Counted from the first letter of the stretch, positions 19,584-29,647 are shown. The stretch: 35,423 nt of DNA from an uncultured Atopobium sp. (GCA_937926845.1 CALBBS010000271.1:1-35423); one strand, 5' to 3'. The notes: generated by a model not told the origin, from the sequence alone. Numbers and translations: made by a program.

Positions 19584-22500
19584 ATGCAGGCTTTTCACAA
19601 CACCTCAAACATTGTTTGTAGAGATCCAAAAGGCGCGGTAGAACTAGGTACTTCAGCAACAATCAGAATATTTGCTTGGGACGATGATGTTCAATCAGTA
19701 ACGCTTCGTCTCTGGCAAGAGTATGGCCCTGAATTGTCTCCAGAGGCCCAAGCTCTGTCTGGCGAGAAATGCGTTGTGATGCAAAAGAGTGATTTTGCTG
19801 GCGCGCTTCCGACTGATGTACCTGACTATGCGCAGTGCTTTGAGGCAATTGTTAAACCAGCTGCTACGGGCCTTATTTGGTATCGTTTTGAGCTTCAGGC
19901 TTCTGACGGAGCAGTTTGGTCATATGGTGCTCAAGAAAGTAGATGCACCGGTGTTGGTAGCTTTGCCTATGGCGAGCCACCATCATTTCAGATTACTTGC
20001 TATGAGCCTCGTGGTAGCTTTGCGGGTGTAGAAGATCCTAGCTGGTACAAGGGTGGAGTTGTCTACCAGATTTTCCCCGACAGGTTTGCGCGAGATGTAA
20101 ACTGGCACGAACGTACCAAGCAAGCACTTGCTGTTCCAAGAAATGGGGTTTCTCGCCAGCTGGTTGAAGATTGGGAGAAGACTCCTGAGTATCAGCGAGA
20201 TGCCAACGGCCGCGTGACTGAGTGGGATTTCTACGGCGGTTCTTTAGCTGGTATTGAAGAGAAGCTTTCCTATTTGGAAAACCTTGGAATAACTGCGCTT
20301 TATTTGAATCCAATCTATGCTGCTTCTAGTAATCATCGCTACGATATTGCGGATTATTTGGAAGTCGATCCCGTGTTAGGCACTGTAGAGGATTTTGAAC
20401 GCCTCTGCGTTAAAGCTGCTGAGCATGGTATTTCCATTATTTTGGATGGCGTTTTTAATCATTGTGGCGCTGATTCAAAATACTTTAATAAATTTTCTAA
20501 CTACTCTGAACCAGGAGCAGTTCAGCAGGCTGGCTCTGCCTATGATAAGTGGTTTACGTTCCATGAGGATGGAACATATGAGAGTTGGTGGGGTGTTGAT
20601 GCACTGCCAACTATTGTGTCTGAAAATCCTGACTACCAGGAGTTTATTTGTGGCGAGAATGGCGTTATTAGAACGTGGCTGCACCGAGGTGCTCGCGGTT
20701 GGCGCTTAGACGTTGCAGATGAAATTTCCGATTCATTTATTCAAAAGATTCGTGCTGCTGCACTTGCAGAGCGTAGTGATGCGGTCATTATTGGAGAGGT
20801 CTGGGAGGACGCAAGTAACAAGCGTGCGTATGGAAAACTCAGGCATTACCTTGAGGGCCTAGAGCTTGATGGTCCTATGAATTATCCTCTGCGTAAATCT
20901 ATTCTTTCATTTTTGATGAATGAAGCTGGCGCTGAGGCAACTGTTTCAGCTCTTGAAGAGCTGTGGGAAAACTATCCTCACGAGGCGTTTTATTCTTGCC
21001 TCAACGTGTTTGGAACACATGATAAAGAGCGACTGATTAACGTAGTTGCTGGAGCTCCTGCTCCCGATTCTCTTTCTGCTCATGAACAGGTAACGTACAG
21101 ACTTTCTGCTGATCAACGTGGTCTTTCTAAAGCTCGTATGTGGCAGACGGCCGTACTACAGATGACACTTCCCGGTGTTCCGTCTATTTATTATGGCGAT
21201 GAGATGGGTGTTGAGGGATTTGTTGATCCAACAAATCGTTCGACAATGCCATGGCCTGGAAGTAGCCCTCGTGCGGACTTAGATTACTTGCATATGTACC
21301 GCAATGCTATTGCGCTCAGGAAAACCCTTCCACTACTGGTAAATGGCTCGTTTGAACCGTTTGTCCCAGAATGTGGATCTGATGATGTTCTGGCATTTTG
21401 GCGTAAGCCCCTTCAAAAAGATGAGCAGCAAGAGCAGCAGGGCAAAGCCGCTTCTAGCGTCTGTGTTCTAGTAAACAAGAGCCGCTCAGATGCAAAAACA
21501 GTCTATGTTTCTGTACCTCAAAATATGCAGGTTATTGACGTTATTAGTGGCCAAGCAGTCCCCGTTAAGGACGGCAAAGCAGAGGTCTTTTTGTGGCAGC
21601 TTGGATGTACGGTTTTAAACGTGCAGCCAGCTCACAGGCTGCAAAAGCCTCTTGAGCCTGGTATGGGAGTGCTTGCTCACATTACTTCTTTGCCTGTCGA
21701 TGAGAACTCCGCAATTACGCCAGGTCAAAAGCTTGGCGTTATTGGACGTGCAACCTCTGAGTTCATCGATTTTCTCGCCAAATCTGGTCAGAAGTATTGG
21801 CAGATTTTGCCTGTTAGTCCAACCGATGAGTACGACTCTCCTTACGCGGGAATTTCTGCCTTTGCAGGAAACATCAATCTGCTTGACCAAACTGCAATGG
21901 AGAGAGTCATTTCTGAGTGCAATGATTCTCAGAGCAGGCGAGCTGCTGAGTATCAGACATTTCTGGCGAGAAACTCATATTGGCTTGATTCGTATGCAAC
22001 GTTTTGCGCTATCAAAGACCTTCTTGGTGAGGGAGCGTGGCAGGAGTGGCCTGAGCAGTATCGTCGCTGGTCACAAGAGCTTCTTGAGCGTCCTGAGCTT
22101 ACCCAAGCAATTGAGCTTCACCAAAAGTATCAGTTTGCCTTTGAGGTAATTTGGAGCCAGACTTTAGCGGAGGCTCACGCAAAGGGTATTCAGATTATTG
22201 GTGATATGCCCATGTTTGTTTCAGAGGATTCTGCTGATGTTTGGGCACATCCAGAACTTTTTGCTTTAGATGATACTGGTCATACGGAGCTTCAAGCTGG
22301 TGCTCCCGCTGATGCTTTTTCTCAGGATGGTCAGCTGTGGGGCAATCCAACCTATACCTGGAAGGCTCATAAAGATGAGGGCTATCGTTGGTGGATTGAA
22401 CGTTTCCGTAGGTCTTTCTATCTGTATGACTACACGAGGCTTGACCACTTTATTGGCTTTACCTCTTACTATGCTATTGAGCAGGGAAAAACTGCTGCTG

Positions 22501-23021
22501 AGGGAGCGTTTAAGTTTGGTCCTGGGGTTGAATTATTTGAAGTTGCTTATAGGCAGCTTGGTCCGCTGCCTTTTATTGCGGAAGATTTAGGAGCAGTTAC
22601 TCCTGCCGTCCGCGCACTACTTTCTCAGACAGGGTTCCCCGGAATGAGTGTCATACAGTTTGCTGACGGAGATTGCAGGCATTCTTTTGCTCCATCTCAG
22701 AACTCTCTTGTGTATAGCGGAACTCACGATACGCAAACACTGATGGGTTTTGTAGAGGAGCGCTTTACAGGCGTTCAAGCAACTGATGAATCGAAGCAGA
22801 TTTTTAAGCAGCTTATGGAGCAAGTAGTTAGCACTTCTAATGCAGTGGTTATTTTGCCGCTACAGGATGTCTTAGGTCTTTCTGACGATGCTCGTATGAA
22901 CATTCCTGGTAAGGCTGAAGGCAATTGGTCTTGGCAGGTTAAAAAGGACATGCTTACGCAGGAGGTCATTGCGGAATTGCAGAGTTATGTTGAACTGCAT
23001 CAGAGCAAGACCAGCGCTTAG
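19584..23021 (+). CDS. Bifunctional GH13 amylopullulanase/neopullulanase-like + GH77 4-alpha-glucanotransferase (MalQ-like) fusion
   Basis: GH13 motifs: YQIFPDRF, SNHRYD, DGVFNH, GWRLDVADE, GEVWED, GTHD, IYYGDE. GH77 motifs from ~21660: GVLAHITSLP, WQILP, SPY, IGDMP, GQLWGNP, RLDHFIG, IAEDLG, GTHD, RMNIPG..GNW. Start is ATG 19584 or TTG 19575. Confidence 0.9.
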   Translation: MQAFHNTSNIVCRDPKGAVELGTSATIRIFAWDDDVQSVTLRLWQEYGPELSPEAQALSGEKCVVMQKSDFAGALPTDVPDYAQCFEAIVKPAATGLIWYRFELQASDGAVWSYGAQESRCTGVGSFAYGEPPSFQITCYEPRGSFAGVEDPSWYKGGVVYQIFPDRFARDVNWHERTKQALAVPRNGVSRQLVEDWEKTPEYQRDANGRVTEWDFYGGSLAGIEEKLSYLENLGITALYLNPIYAASSNHRYDIADYLEVDPVLGTVEDFERLCVKAAEHGISIILDGVFNHCGADSKYFNKFSNYSEPGAVQQAGSAYDKWFTFHEDGTYESWWGVDALPTIVSENPDYQEFICGENGVIRTWLHRGARGWRLDVADEISDSFIQKIRAAALAERSDAVIIGEVWEDASNKRAYGKLRHYLEGLELDGPMNYPLRKSILSFLMNEAGAEATVSALEELWENYPHEAFYSCLNVFGTHDKERLINVVAGAPAPDSLSAHEQVTYRLSADQRGLSKARMWQTAVLQMTLPGVPSIYYGDEMGVEGFVDPTNRSTMPWPGSSPRADLDYLHMYRNAIALRKTLPLLVNGSFEPFVPECGSDDVLAFWRKPLQKDEQQEQQGKAASSVCVLVNKSRSDAKTVYVSVPQNMQVIDVISGQAVPVKDGKAEVFLWQLGCTVLNVQPAHRLQKPLEPGMGVLAHITSLPVDENSAITPGQKLGVIGRATSEFIDFLAKSGQKYWQILPVSPTDEYDSPYAGISAFAGNINLLDQTAMERVISECNDSQSRRAAEYQTFLARNSYWLDSYATFCAIKDLLGEGAWQEWPEQYRRWSQELLERPELTQAIELHQKYQFAFEVIWSQTLAEAHAKGIQIIGDMPMFVSEDSADVWAHPELFALDDTGHTELQAGAPADAFSQDGQLWGNPTYTWKAHKDEGYRWWIERFRRSFYLYDYTRLDHFIGFTSYYAIEQGKTAAEGAFKFGPGVELFEVAYRQLGPLPFIAEDLGAVTPAVRALLSQTGFPGMSVIQFADGDCRHSFAPSQNSLVYSGTHDTQTLMGFVEERFTGVQATDESKQIFKQLMEQVVSTSNAVVILPLQDVLGLSDDARMNIPGKAEGNWSWQVKKDMLTQEVIAELQSYVELHQSKTSA

Positions 23022-23042
23022 AGATAGTTTTTCGTTACAACA

Positions 23043-23077
23043 AAAAGGTCCTTCTAGCCAAACGAGAAGGACCTTTT
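23043..23077. terminator. Bidirectional intrinsic terminator
   Basis: AAAAGGTCCTTCT-N9-AGAAGGACCTTTT between convergent genes. Confidence 0.85.
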
Positions 23078-23102
23078 ACGTGCAGATGTTTTTTTGAGTT
23101 CA

Positions 23103-24473
23103 CTATGACATCTCTCGAGGCAAAACAATGGTAAAGCGTGTTCCTACACCCTCACGAGAGAGCACCTCAATAGAGCCGTCATGATTATCGACAATCCATT
23201 TTGCGATGGATAGTCCAAGTCCAGAACCTTCGTTGCTTTCAATACGAGCGTTGTCGGCTCTCCAGAATCTCTCAAAAATATGAGCGGCTGCTGCCTCGGA
23301 CATACCCATGCCTTCATCTTCGATTGAAACTTGAACAGTTTTTTCGTTATATGCGACGTTAAAGGAAATGGTGGTTTGAGCAGCGGAATAACGAGCGGCA
23401 TTTTGCACGATGATACGGATAGACTGCTTAATCATTGCGGTGTCAGCAAGCACCTGATAGCAATCGTCTGTTGGTGTACTCTGATCAAATTTCAGCGCAT
23501 AGTGGTGAGTAGGATCAATCATTTCCGACTCTTCACAGACCTCAGAAGTTATCCGTGCAAGATTGAGCTTAGTCTTTGTGAGGGTATTTCTTCCTGCGTC
23601 TCCGCGTGCTAAGAAGAGGAGCTGCTCAACAAGGTCATGCATGTGTTCGCTCTCGGATTTGAGTGCAGCGATAGACTCATCTAGTACAGCCTCGTCTGTC
23701 TTACCCCATCGGTCAAGCATGTCAGTATAGCCTCGAATAACTGCTATAGGTGTGCGAAGTTCGTGGCTAGCATCGTTGACAAAACGCATCTGCTGCAACT
23801 TTGCTTCTTGCATACGACAAAGCAGTTTATTTAAGGCAATCTCAATGCTTGCAAGATCTTGGTCGCCCGTTTGAATCTTTGGAGCGTTAATATTGGCTTC
23901 TTCAATTGCCTGCTCAAGACTCTTGATTTTCTCGCCTTTTACCAGGGTTTCGTTTGTTATGGAATCAGTGGTAAGCGCATCAACGTTCACAAGTTGATCT
24001 GCTTTAAGAGCAAGTGTGTTAAGGGGCTGAAGAGCTCTTCTGACACGACGCATATCACCGAAGAATGACAACAGATCAATGATTTCCCAGATAAGAATTG
24101 CAATATACATGGGCCAGAAGCGTGCTAACTCTACGCCTAAATCAAATATTTTTGCGCCAAAAGTAGGGCCATGAACAATGTATTTTAGGCTTGAGAGTCC
24201 GTGTAAGAAAGTGAATCCAGTAAGAGAAATAGAGTGAGACTCAGTAGGGAAAAATCCGAGGTAAAAAGTACCTTGTGGAACATGCTGGTTATACATAAAA
24301 ATAAAAATCAGAGCAATATTCACCAGTAAAAAGAGATTAAAGCCAACGTAATTCATCAACTTACGCCACCAAAATCCCCAGGTAATAACTCCTGCAGTCG
24401 AGGAGTCAGAACGGGTAAAGAAAGGCTTTTTATGCTCTTGTATAGTGGAGTGATTATGCTTCTCTGATGACAT
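23103..24473 (-). CDS. Sensor histidine kinase (HisKA + HATPase_c, two TM segments)
   Basis: H-box FVNDASHELRTP, N-box QNAARYS, DEGMG, IFERFWR, GSGLGLSI. ATG 24473 with GGAG RBS, overlapping the regulator gene. Confidence 0.93.
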   Translation of the reverse strand: MSSEKHNHSTIQEHKKPFFTRSDSSTAGVITWGFWWRKLMNYVGFNLFLLVNIALIFIFMYNQHVPQGTFYLGFFPTESHSISLTGFTFLHGLSSLKYIVHGPTFGAKIFDLGVELARFWPMYIAILIWEIIDLLSFFGDMRRVRRALQPLNTLALKADQLVNVDALTTDSITNETLVKGEKIKSLEQAIEEANINAPKIQTGDQDLASIEIALNKLLCRMQEAKLQQMRFVNDASHELRTPIAVIRGYTDMLDRWGKTDEAVLDESIAALKSESEHMHDLVEQLLFLARGDAGRNTLTKTKLNLARITSEVCEESEMIDPTHHYALKFDQSTPTDDCYQVLADTAMIKQSIRIIVQNAARYSAAQTTISFNVAYNEKTVQVSIEDEGMGMSEAAAAHIFERFWRADNARIESNEGSGLGLSIAKWIVDNHDGSIEVLSREGVGTRFTIVLPREMS

Positions 24474-25158
24474 ATCCGACTCCACGAACAGTAGTAATTA
24501 GCTTGATGTTATAGCGGTCGTCAATTTTTGCACGTAGATGGGCAATATGTACATCCACGTTATTAGTTTCTCCGGCAAACTCATAACCCAAAGCTTCAGA
24601 AGCAATACGCTCACGGCTCATGACAACGCCAGCGTGCCCCATAAGCATACGGAGGACTTCAAATTCCTTAGTGGTGAGTTCAATCGTATCGTTCTTGACA
24701 CAGACTTCTCTACGATCGACATCAAGCGAGACACCTTTAATTGTAAAGGTGCTTGTAGCAGCTGTTTGAGGAATTGTCGGGGAGTTTAAACTGTCTGCCT
24801 CATGATGCTTGAGTGCCACTCGAATGCGGGCGAGAAGTTCCTCTATCGCAAAAGGTTTGGTGAGGTAGTCATCTGCACCCGCATCGAGACCAGCTACTTT
24901 ATCCATAACCGAATCACGAGCAGTAAGCATGATAGTTGGCGTGTTTTTCTCGCGACGAATCCTTCTGAGAACTTCTAGACCATTAAGCTTGGGGAGAAGT
25001 ACATCAAGCAAGATAAGGTCGTAGTCATTTGACAGTGCTTTTTCAGCTCCGGTTCTTCCGTCAAGAGCTTTGTCTACCTCATATCCCTCGTGTGTAAGTT
25101 CGAGTTCTATAAATCGTGCAATTTTTTCTTCATCTTCAACGATAAGAACCTTAATCAT
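24454..25158 (-). CDS. OmpR/PhoB-family response regulator (ArlR-like)
   Basis: Motifs LIVEDE, ILLDVLLP, MLTARD, GADDYLTKPF, LTTKEF, VDVHI..LRAK, TVRGVGY. Confidence 0.95.
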   Translation of the reverse strand: MIKVLIVEDEEKIARFIELELTHEGYEVDKALDGRTGAEKALSNDYDLILLDVLLPKLNGLEVLRRIRREKNTPTIMLTARDSVMDKVAGLDAGADDYLTKPFAIEELLARIRVALKHHEADSLNSPTIPQTAATSTFTIKGVSLDVDRREVCVKNDTIELTTKEFEVLRMLMGHAGVVMSRERIASEALGYEFAGETNNVDVHIAHLRAKIDDRYNIKLITTVRGVGYVIREA

Positions 25159-25211
25159 TTTCTCGCCTAAATATCGAAGTTTTCTATTTTAGGTTTGGAA
25201 CCAATTTCATT

Positions 25212-25754
25212 TTATTTTTTGTCGATGACGTCTTTTTTAATGGATCCCGCTGCATCTGCAGCCTTATCCATTGCCTCATTTACATCAACAACAATAGGAT
25301 AAGCTCCCTGAATGTGATAACGCATCTCAAAGAACAAGCCAATGATAAGTAACCAGAACGTAGCGCCCCAGAGGAACAGGCCAACAATTGGAATAATTAC
25401 CGGCATGGCCATGAACTGCTCACCGCGACGAGTAACAATGAATTTTGTTTCAACGCTTTTATGGAACAACTCTTTGCACTTCTCCCAGAGAGAAGACATA
25501 TTCTCTGAGAAATCAGACTTTTTGCTTGATTCTTGGTAGGCAATTTGAGCTGCTTCCATTTCTGGAGAAACGTCTGACTGTGCAGCTGACTCAGTAGTAT
25601 AGTTTGCAGTCTGCTTAGTGGACTTGCCCTGCTTCTCGAGCCAAATAATTGCATCAAGAACATTATCATCACAAGCGTCAAGTGCTGCCTTTGCGTCCTC
25701 GTAGCTTACGCCGCACTTCTCGCGAATTACTTCAACCTTTTCGAGCTTTTCCAT
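25212..25754 (-). CDS. DUF4342-type protein with N-terminal UBA-like helical bundle and C-terminal hydrophobic hairpin
   Basis: N-terminus LEKVEVIREKCGVSYEDAKAAL..NVLDAIIWLEK; hydrophobic segment MPVIIPIVGLFLWGATFWLLIIGLFF. AAGGA RBS. Confidence 0.65.
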   Translation of the reverse strand: MEKLEKVEVIREKCGVSYEDAKAALDACDDNVLDAIIWLEKQGKSTKQTANYTTESAAQSDVSPEMEAAQIAYQESSKKSDFSENMSSLWEKCKELFHKSVETKFIVTRRGEQFMAMPVIIPIVGLFLWGATFWLLIIGLFFEMRYHIQGAYPIVVDVNEAMDKAADAAGSIKKDVIDKK

Positions 25755-26067
25755 GATCAGCTTCCTTTCGAGATGTTAAAGACGCCTCTCGTCTTCGTGA
25801 TACATGGTCTCTTATAAAGATTAACCAATTATTGAGGTTAGATTAAGCTTTTATAAGTATTTTAATGGGATTGTTTACACGTCTTAATTACAGGCAGTGC
25901 GCTTACCACTTACCGATTATTTAGAAAATAATCTTGTTTTAGCAGTTGAGCAGTTTGAAACTAATAAGTAGTTATCTATGACTAACTTTTGGCAGTTAAG
26001 TTTTCTGTCAGAGCCAGCCTGATTTACAGATACATGTAATGAGTTTGTGACAGGAGGCGGTGTGGGT

Positions 26068-27867
26068 ATGGCAAATCGTCAGAACCAAAGTGTTCAAGCT
26101 ACTGAGTTCAACCAAAATACAAAACAGAATCCTCAGCAATCTGAAGTAAATCCCGTTGCGGTGTTGCTCGAGTGGTCAGACAGAAAAGGTATGTACGCGC
26201 TTTCTGTCATCCTTGCCATTATTGGCGTTTTGGGAGGAATGGTTCCCTACGTTGCCGCAGGCAACATGGTGGTTGGTATCTTTAATGGAATTCAAGAATG
26301 GTCGTTTTACCTGTATTGGGGACTTATAGCGGGTCTTAGTTATTTAGTAAAAATAGTTTTTCACCATCTTTCAACTATCGTTTCTCATAAGGCAACGTTT
26401 GCGACAATTGCAAACATGCGCACCCGAGTGGCAAAGAAGCTGACCACTATCCCCATGGGATATGTGCTTGATACGCCATCCGGCTCTCTTAAACGATTGT
26501 TAGTCGAAAAGATCGATAGTATTGAAACCACACTTGCCCATGCAGTTCCTGAACTTACTTCAAACCTTACAGCTGCTTTTGCGGTTTTTGTGTACCTCAT
26601 TGTTTTGGATTGGCGTCTTGCTCTTGCTGCTCTACTCACTATTATTGTGGGACTTGCCTGTTTATCAGGCATGATGAAAGACTATGAGTATTGGTATCAG
26701 AATACTATCGTAACTGGTAAAGAGATGAACAATGCTTCAGTTGAGTATGTGTCAGGAATTGAGGTAATTAAGGCTTTTGGGCAGTCCGCTAGCTCTTACG
26801 AGAAGTTTTCAAAAGCTGTTTATGCCTCTGCCCATGCTTTTATTGATTGGATGAGTCACTGCCAAATCTGGCAGGATGCCATGCTGTCAATTGCTCCTGC
26901 AACGTTAGTAACGGTATTACCCCTTGGATGCTTGTTTGTGCTTCAGGGAACTCTTTCTCCTTCTACTTTTGTTATGTGTGCCGTGCTTTCTTTAGGAATT
27001 TTTCAGCCGCTCTTTGAAGCGATGAGCTTTATGGATTCTCTTGCGCAGGTTGGCTCTGTAGTTAAAGAAATTTCTGAGGTTTTGAATTACCCAGATCAGA
27101 TGAGAGCCACGGCTCCCTGTACGCTTGAGGGCACTGAAATTAAACTGAGTGATGTTCGTTTCTCGTACGGAAGCAATGAAGTAATCCATGGGATTACTTT
27201 AGATATTGAGCCAGGACAAGTTACGGCGCTTGTTGGTCCAAGTGGATCAGGTAAATCTACTGTTGCACGGCTTATCGCAGGTTTCTGGGATCCAAATGAA
27301 GGGTCTGTTTCTATTGGAGGACAAGATATTCGCTCCTGCACTCCATCTCAACTCGCAGACCTTGTAGCGTACGTTGATCAAGATAGCTACCTTTTTGATG
27401 AAACTATTATGGAAAATATCAGGATGGGTAAAAAAGATGCCACCGATGAAGAGGTAATTGCTTGTGCAAAAGCTTCTGGATGCCACAACTTTATCCAATC
27501 GCTTCCACATGGCTATCAAACGGTTGTAGGAGGCTCGGGAGGACATCTTTCTGGTGGCGAGCGTCAGCGCGTAGCAATTGCTCGAGCTATGCTCAAAAAT
27601 GCGCCTATTATCATGCTTGATGAAGCAACGGCCTACGCAGATCCAGAGTCCGAAGCAGAAGTTGAATCTGCAGTTGCAAAGCTGGTGGCTGGTAAAACGC
27701 TGGTGGTTATCGCGCACCGTTTATCAACCGTACAAAATGCCGACAAAATTGTTGTTGTTAATAATGGCTCCATTGAAGCTGAGGGTACGCACGAGCAGCT
27801 TATGGAGACATGTCCGCTCTATGCAACCATGTATCGCGCTCATATCGGCGCACTTGATGAGGCTTAA
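26068..27867 (+). CDS. ABC half-transporter (TMD+NBD), IrtAB/YbtPQ-like heterodimer subunit 1
   Basis: TMD with LAHAVPE and EYVSGIEVIKAF; GPSGSGKS, LSGGERQR, IMLDEAT, IAHRL. GGAGG RBS. Confidence 0.88.
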   Translation: MANRQNQSVQATEFNQNTKQNPQQSEVNPVAVLLEWSDRKGMYALSVILAIIGVLGGMVPYVAAGNMVVGIFNGIQEWSFYLYWGLIAGLSYLVKIVFHHLSTIVSHKATFATIANMRTRVAKKLTTIPMGYVLDTPSGSLKRLLVEKIDSIETTLAHAVPELTSNLTAAFAVFVYLIVLDWRLALAALLTIIVGLACLSGMMKDYEYWYQNTIVTGKEMNNASVEYVSGIEVIKAFGQSASSYEKFSKAVYASAHAFIDWMSHCQIWQDAMLSIAPATLVTVLPLGCLFVLQGTLSPSTFVMCAVLSLGIFQPLFEAMSFMDSLAQVGSVVKEISEVLNYPDQMRATAPCTLEGTEIKLSDVRFSYGSNEVIHGITLDIEPGQVTALVGPSGSGKSTVARLIAGFWDPNEGSVSIGGQDIRSCTPSQLADLVAYVDQDSYLFDETIMENIRMGKKDATDEEVIACAKASGCHNFIQSLPHGYQTVVGGSGGHLSGGERQRVAIARAMLKNAPIIMLDEATAYADPESEAEVESAVAKLVAGKTLVVIAHRLSTVQNADKIVVVNNGSIEAEGTHEQLMETCPLYATMYRAHIGALDEA

Positions 27868-27881
27868 GGAGGGGAGTAGCA

Positions 27882-29615
27882 ATGTTATCTGTCTTAAAAA
27901 TGTACTTTCAGTTTGGAAGTTCTTATCGCCAGAAACTCTACAAAGGTCTTTTCTTCACCGTACTTAGCTGTCTCTTTGAAGGCGTGGAAATAACGGCGCT
28001 GTGGATTGTATTTTCAGCTCTTACTACTGATACGCTTTCAACCCAGACTATATTTATTGTTTTGGGAGTAATGCTTTTAAGCATCATGGGAACATTTGTC
28101 TGCTCTCATTTTAAGAGTGAAAATTTTTGTGATGCTAATTTTAGTATGGCTGGTACCAAGCGTGCGGAAATTGGCGATACATTTCGCCGCTTACCTATGG
28201 GTTACTTTAACGAGAATAGCCTGGGCGAAGTAACGGCTGTTATGACTAATCAGTTAGATGTAATGCAAAATCTTGGTGCTCTGCTCTATATGATGGTTGT
28301 TGGTGGCTTAGCCTTGACCGCAATTATTGTTATATTCTTGTTTGTGTTTTGTTGGCAACTAGGCCTTATAACTGCAGCTACGTTTGTTCTTTTCTGCATT
28401 ACTATGGAGCTGCTCCAGGCCTACGTGCGCAATGTATCAGATAAGTATGTAGCTGCTAATACCACCTTAATCAGCACTGTTCTTGAATATGTCCGCGGAA
28501 TCAGTGTAGTAAGGGCGTTTTCTCTTATTGATGATGCTGAAGGAAAGTTTGCCAAAGCAGTTGACGATTGTCGCGTTCAAGCGCTTAACCTCGAGCTTAA
28601 GGCGCTTCATTTCTCAGTTTTGCAAATGGTCATCTCCAAGGCTACCAGCATTATCATGTGCCTGGTATCAGTTGGTTTATGGCTCTCGGGAACACTTGAT
28701 ACAGCTGCTTGTTTAACCGTAGTAGTTATGTCATTTATGTTATTCAGTCGCCTAGAATCCGCTGGCCGTTTTTCAACTATTCTGCGTGCTCTAGAAATTG
28801 CAATGGAACAAACAAATGCTATTCTCGCCACCCCCGCAATGGAGGAGGGAGAGGGTCTTGAGAAGGCGCCATCTTGCGACATCGAACTTTCGCATGTTTC
28901 GTTTGGCTACGATGACCGGCAAATTCTTGAAGATGTCAGCCTTTCTATTCCTGCAGGCACCTCCTGTGCCATTGTAGGCCCCAGCGGATCAGGTAAGACA
29001 ACGCTTGTCCGCTTGATTGAACGTTTCTGGGATGTGAATTCAGGCAAGGTTATGCTTGGCGGACGCGATGTGCGCGACTATAAAGTCGATGCACTTCTAC
29101 AAAATTTCTCTACCGTTTTCCAGGGCGTATTCCTTTTTGATGACACTATCGAGAACAACATCAAGTTTGGTAATCCAAGCGCAACTCATGAACAGGTAGT
29201 TGATGCTGCTCGCCGTGCTTGTTGTGAGAAGTTTATTGAGGCATTACCTAATGGCTATGAGACACGTTTAGGTGAAGGTGGCTCAATGCTCTCTGGTGGC
29301 GAGCGTCAGCGTCTCTCTATTGCTCGTGCCATTTTAAAAGATGCGCCAATCGTGGTGCTAGATGAGGCTACGGCCAATGTTGATCCAGAAAACGAGCTTG
29401 AACTCCAGCGCGCAATCGCCGAGCTTACAAAGTCAAAAACCGTCATCATGATTGCTCATCGTTTAAAAACAGTGCGCAATGCTAATCAGATACTTGTCCT
29501 GGATAAGGGTCGTATTGTTCAGCGGGGAACCCATGAATCTCTCATGAAAGAAGGCGGTATCTACGCTGATTTTGTTAACATGCGCGAGAAAACCGTCGGC
29601 TGGAAAATTGCGTAA
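27882..29615 (+). CDS. ABC half-transporter (TMD+NBD), heterodimer subunit 2
   Basis: Motifs RRLPMGYF, EYVRGISVVRAF, GPSGSGKT, LSGGERQR, VVLDEAT, IAHRL. AGGAGG RBS; 14 nt after subunit 1. Confidence 0.88.
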   Translation: MLSVLKMYFQFGSSYRQKLYKGLFFTVLSCLFEGVEITALWIVFSALTTDTLSTQTIFIVLGVMLLSIMGTFVCSHFKSENFCDANFSMAGTKRAEIGDTFRRLPMGYFNENSLGEVTAVMTNQLDVMQNLGALLYMMVVGGLALTAIIVIFLFVFCWQLGLITAATFVLFCITMELLQAYVRNVSDKYVAANTTLISTVLEYVRGISVVRAFSLIDDAEGKFAKAVDDCRVQALNLELKALHFSVLQMVISKATSIIMCLVSVGLWLSGTLDTAACLTVVVMSFMLFSRLESAGRFSTILRALEIAMEQTNAILATPAMEEGEGLEKAPSCDIELSHVSFGYDDRQILEDVSLSIPAGTSCAIVGPSGSGKTTLVRLIERFWDVNSGKVMLGGRDVRDYKVDALLQNFSTVFQGVFLFDDTIENNIKFGNPSATHEQVVDAARRACCEKFIEALPNGYETRLGEGGSMLSGGERQRLSIARAILKDAPIVVLDEATANVDPENELELQRAIAELTKSKTVIMIAHRLKTVRNANQILVLDKGRIVQRGTHESLMKEGGIYADFVNMREKTVGWKIA

Positions 29616-29647
29616 CTACTGGCAAGCCACTGAGAAATATCATACGT

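Noticed and set aside
27549..29310. Shared sequence TCTGGTGGCGAGCGTCAGCG in both ABC genes
   Set aside because: It encodes the conserved SGGERQR signature of the paralogues.
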